From: Candidatus Hermodarchaeota archaeon
GTDB lineage: Archaea > Asgardarchaeota > Thorarchaeia > Thorarchaeales > Thorarchaeaceae
Reading direction: 5' to 3'
Assembly: GCA_048885865.1 (NCBI GenBank)
Contig: JBHLLF010000038.1
Location: forward strand, 1 to 25,483
Length of the DNA stretch: 25,483 nucleotides
Notes under the pieces: generated by a model
The model's database searches: none
The model's input: only the letters and a program-made list of their open reading frames with translations
What the model was told of the DNA's origin: nothing
Made by a program: the position numbers and the translations under genes
Shown here: piece after piece, positions 23,802-25,483 of the stretch
How the letters are laid out: each line of letters begins with the position of its first letter
Numbering within the stretch: the stretch's first letter is position 1

Positions 23802-25444
23802 TAAAACGCGCCTCCTGAAGTTTCGTCTGAAAGCTTTCCAATCACAAGAAAGGCGATAAAGCAGATTGCTACCAAGACAAAGGCAGCTGCTCCCGCTTCA
23901 ACCATTCTCCTTACACCCAGATATTGATAGATTACAACTGCCAATGTTGTATTCTCCTGAAGTGCAATGAATAATGTCGCTGACATTTCGCCAATGGCCA
24001 TGGCAAATGCGAAAACTCCTCCTGCAAGGATTCCAGGCGCGAGAAGAGGTAGCTCAACATAGAACAATCTCTGCAGACGCGAAGCTCCTAATGATTCTGC
24101 TTGCTCAATGACTTCACTGTCAATACTCCTAAGAGATAGCTCGATTGCTCTGGCGCTGAAGGGCAGGCCGATGAGTGTTTGAGCTATAACAATCAGAACC
24201 CATGGATTTGTTGTTAGCTGCAACGGAACCGCAATAATCCGCATGAGTCCATAAGCCACTGTGATTGCAGAAATTCCTAGGGGCAGAAGTGTCATCGCTG
24301 ATGCTAGAGTCGGTAGCCCCCTTTGTCTAGAACGATGCAAATATGCCAAAGGTATACCAAGCACGACTGCTAGGATAGTTGCTAGCACCGCATACAGAAG
24401 AGAGTTAGCAAGTGGAATTAGCCCGCCTCCATCACCCGAGTCTAGTAGGTTAGCAAATCCATCCAATGTGTATTGGCCGCTGAAGGGATTATAGACAGCT
24501 GCTTGTGCGATTGCCAGGATCGGCCCTGCAACTAGAACCGCGATTAACACAAGATAGGCAACAGCACAGACCTTCCAGGTCAAGCTGATCTCATCAAACG
24601 ACATTGTCTTTATTGTGCCACTCCTTCCCCCATTTTCCTCAATTCTGCCAAGTCTGACATAGGAAAATGCGAGGGCTAGGGTGATGAGGATTTGAATTAG
24701 GCCCAGAGAGCTGGCTTCGCCAAAGTCAGAGGTCCTAAAAGCATACCATATCCGAACTTCGAGTGTCATGTATCTGCCCTCTCCTAGGGCCAGTACAATG
24801 GGAAAAGACATGAAGCAGAATAGAAATGTAAGAACTGCCGCAGCTAGGAGTGAAGCACGAATGTGAGGCAGGATGATATGCCTGAATTTCTGAAGAGTCG
24901 ACGCTCCAAGAATCTCTGCGGTTTCCTCAAGCTCTGGATTCAATCTCTCAAGTGCAGATGAAACCATCACAATGACTAGAGGTATATTGTAGAATGCGTG
25001 AGCCAAGATTATTCCAACGAATCCATTTGCCAAGTTCAAAATGCTATCAGATGTTCCAGCTATTGCCATTAGGAACGAGTCTAGGATTCCATATTCTCCA
25101 AAAACGCGAAGGAAGCCTACCACTACGACAATGGGCGGCAATACAAAGGGAACAATGAGCGATGCTCTCAGCAGAGATTTACCCCTCATTCTCAATCTGG
25201 CTAGAAGGAATGCACCAGGCAACCCGATAATCACAACCAGTATCGTGCTAATGAGGGCTTGAACTATAGTGAAATTGAAGACAGACTGTGTCACTATGGA
25301 GGAAATGACTTCGAAGAATGATGTGCCAGGTCCATGGATAAGACCCTCGACTAGGACTGAAACGACAGGGAAGATCAGGAATGCCCCGAGAAGCACCAAC
25401 GGGGAAGCGATGGCGGCCCATCTAATCGATGTTCTCCAATCCAT
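23801..25444 (-). CDS. ABC transporter permease, duplicated TM domain (ThiP/FbpB-like)
   Basis: Two EAA-type loops (EETAEILGAS, EQAESLGAS), PFVLP and LAHAFYNIP, about 12 TM segments. Abuts the ATPase gene. Confidence 0.9.
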   Translation of the reverse strand: MDWRTSIRWAAIASPLVLLGAFLIFPVVSVLVEGLIHGPGTSFFEVISSIVTQSVFNFTIVQALISTILVVIIGLPGAFLLARLRMRGKSLLRASLIVPFVLPPIVVVVGFLRVFGEYGILDSFLMAIAGTSDSILNLANGFVGIILAHAFYNIPLVIVMVSSALERLNPELEETAEILGASTLQKFRHIILPHIRASLLAAAVLTFLFCFMSFPIVLALGEGRYMTLEVRIWYAFRTSDFGEASSLGLIQILITLALAFSYVRLGRIEENGGRSGTIKTMSFDEISLTWKVCAVAYLVLIAVLVAGPILAIAQAAVYNPFSGQYTLDGFANLLDSGDGGGLIPLANSLLYAVLATILAVVLGIPLAYLHRSRQRGLPTLASAMTLLPLGISAITVAYGLMRIIAVPLQLTTNPWVLIVIAQTLIGLPFSARAIELSLRSIDSEVIEQAESLGASRLQRLFYVELPLLAPGILAGGVFAFAMAIGEMSATLFIALQENTTLAVVIYQYLGVRRMVEAGAAAFVLVAICFIAFLVIGKLSDETSGGAF

Positions 25445-25483
25445 GAATTTGCACCTGAACTAGGCTATTCTAATCTCATCGAA

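Noticed and set aside
22743-25444. Specific thiPQ assignment and TPP riboswitch
   Set aside because: The substrate-binding gene and leader lie outside the window, so Fe3+ versus thiamine specificity cannot be resolved.

Overview
Gene-dense archaeal chromosomal window with no rRNA, tRNA, CRISPR array or mobile element that I can detect. The gene content points to an Asgard archaeon, most likely Thorarchaeia (inference): tandem longin-domain proteins, two roadblock proteins, two gelsolin-type proteins, archaeal Topo VI and an Hsp20-Cdc48 pair. Layout: (+) DUF2797-like Zn protein with a C-terminal PIP box, then two tandem longin + double winged-helix paralogs that resemble GATOR1 NPRL2/NPRL3; (-) a run of AN1-ZnF/M50 protease, top6B, divergent top6A, coiled-coil/wHTH protein, PD-(D/E)XK nuclease, roadblock and NifB-like radical SAM genes; (+) hsp20 with a structured leader, cdc48 with an HbYX tail, GH38 mannosidase-like protein with an altered active site, V4R-like protein, 2-TM polyproline protein, ProGel-like mini-gelsolin and an alpha-SNAP/TPR-Ig-helical protein; (-) aminotransferase, roadblock and 1DGelX-like gelsolin; (+) polytopic membrane protein; (-) Fe3+/thiamine-type ABC ATPase and permease. 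The best candidates for undescribed systems are a proto-GATOR1-like heterodimer, a membrane-anchored actin/trafficking cluster, an ERAD-like Cdc48 neighbourhood and a divergent Topo VI module with accessory genes. All family calls come from motif recognition by eye; no searches were run.
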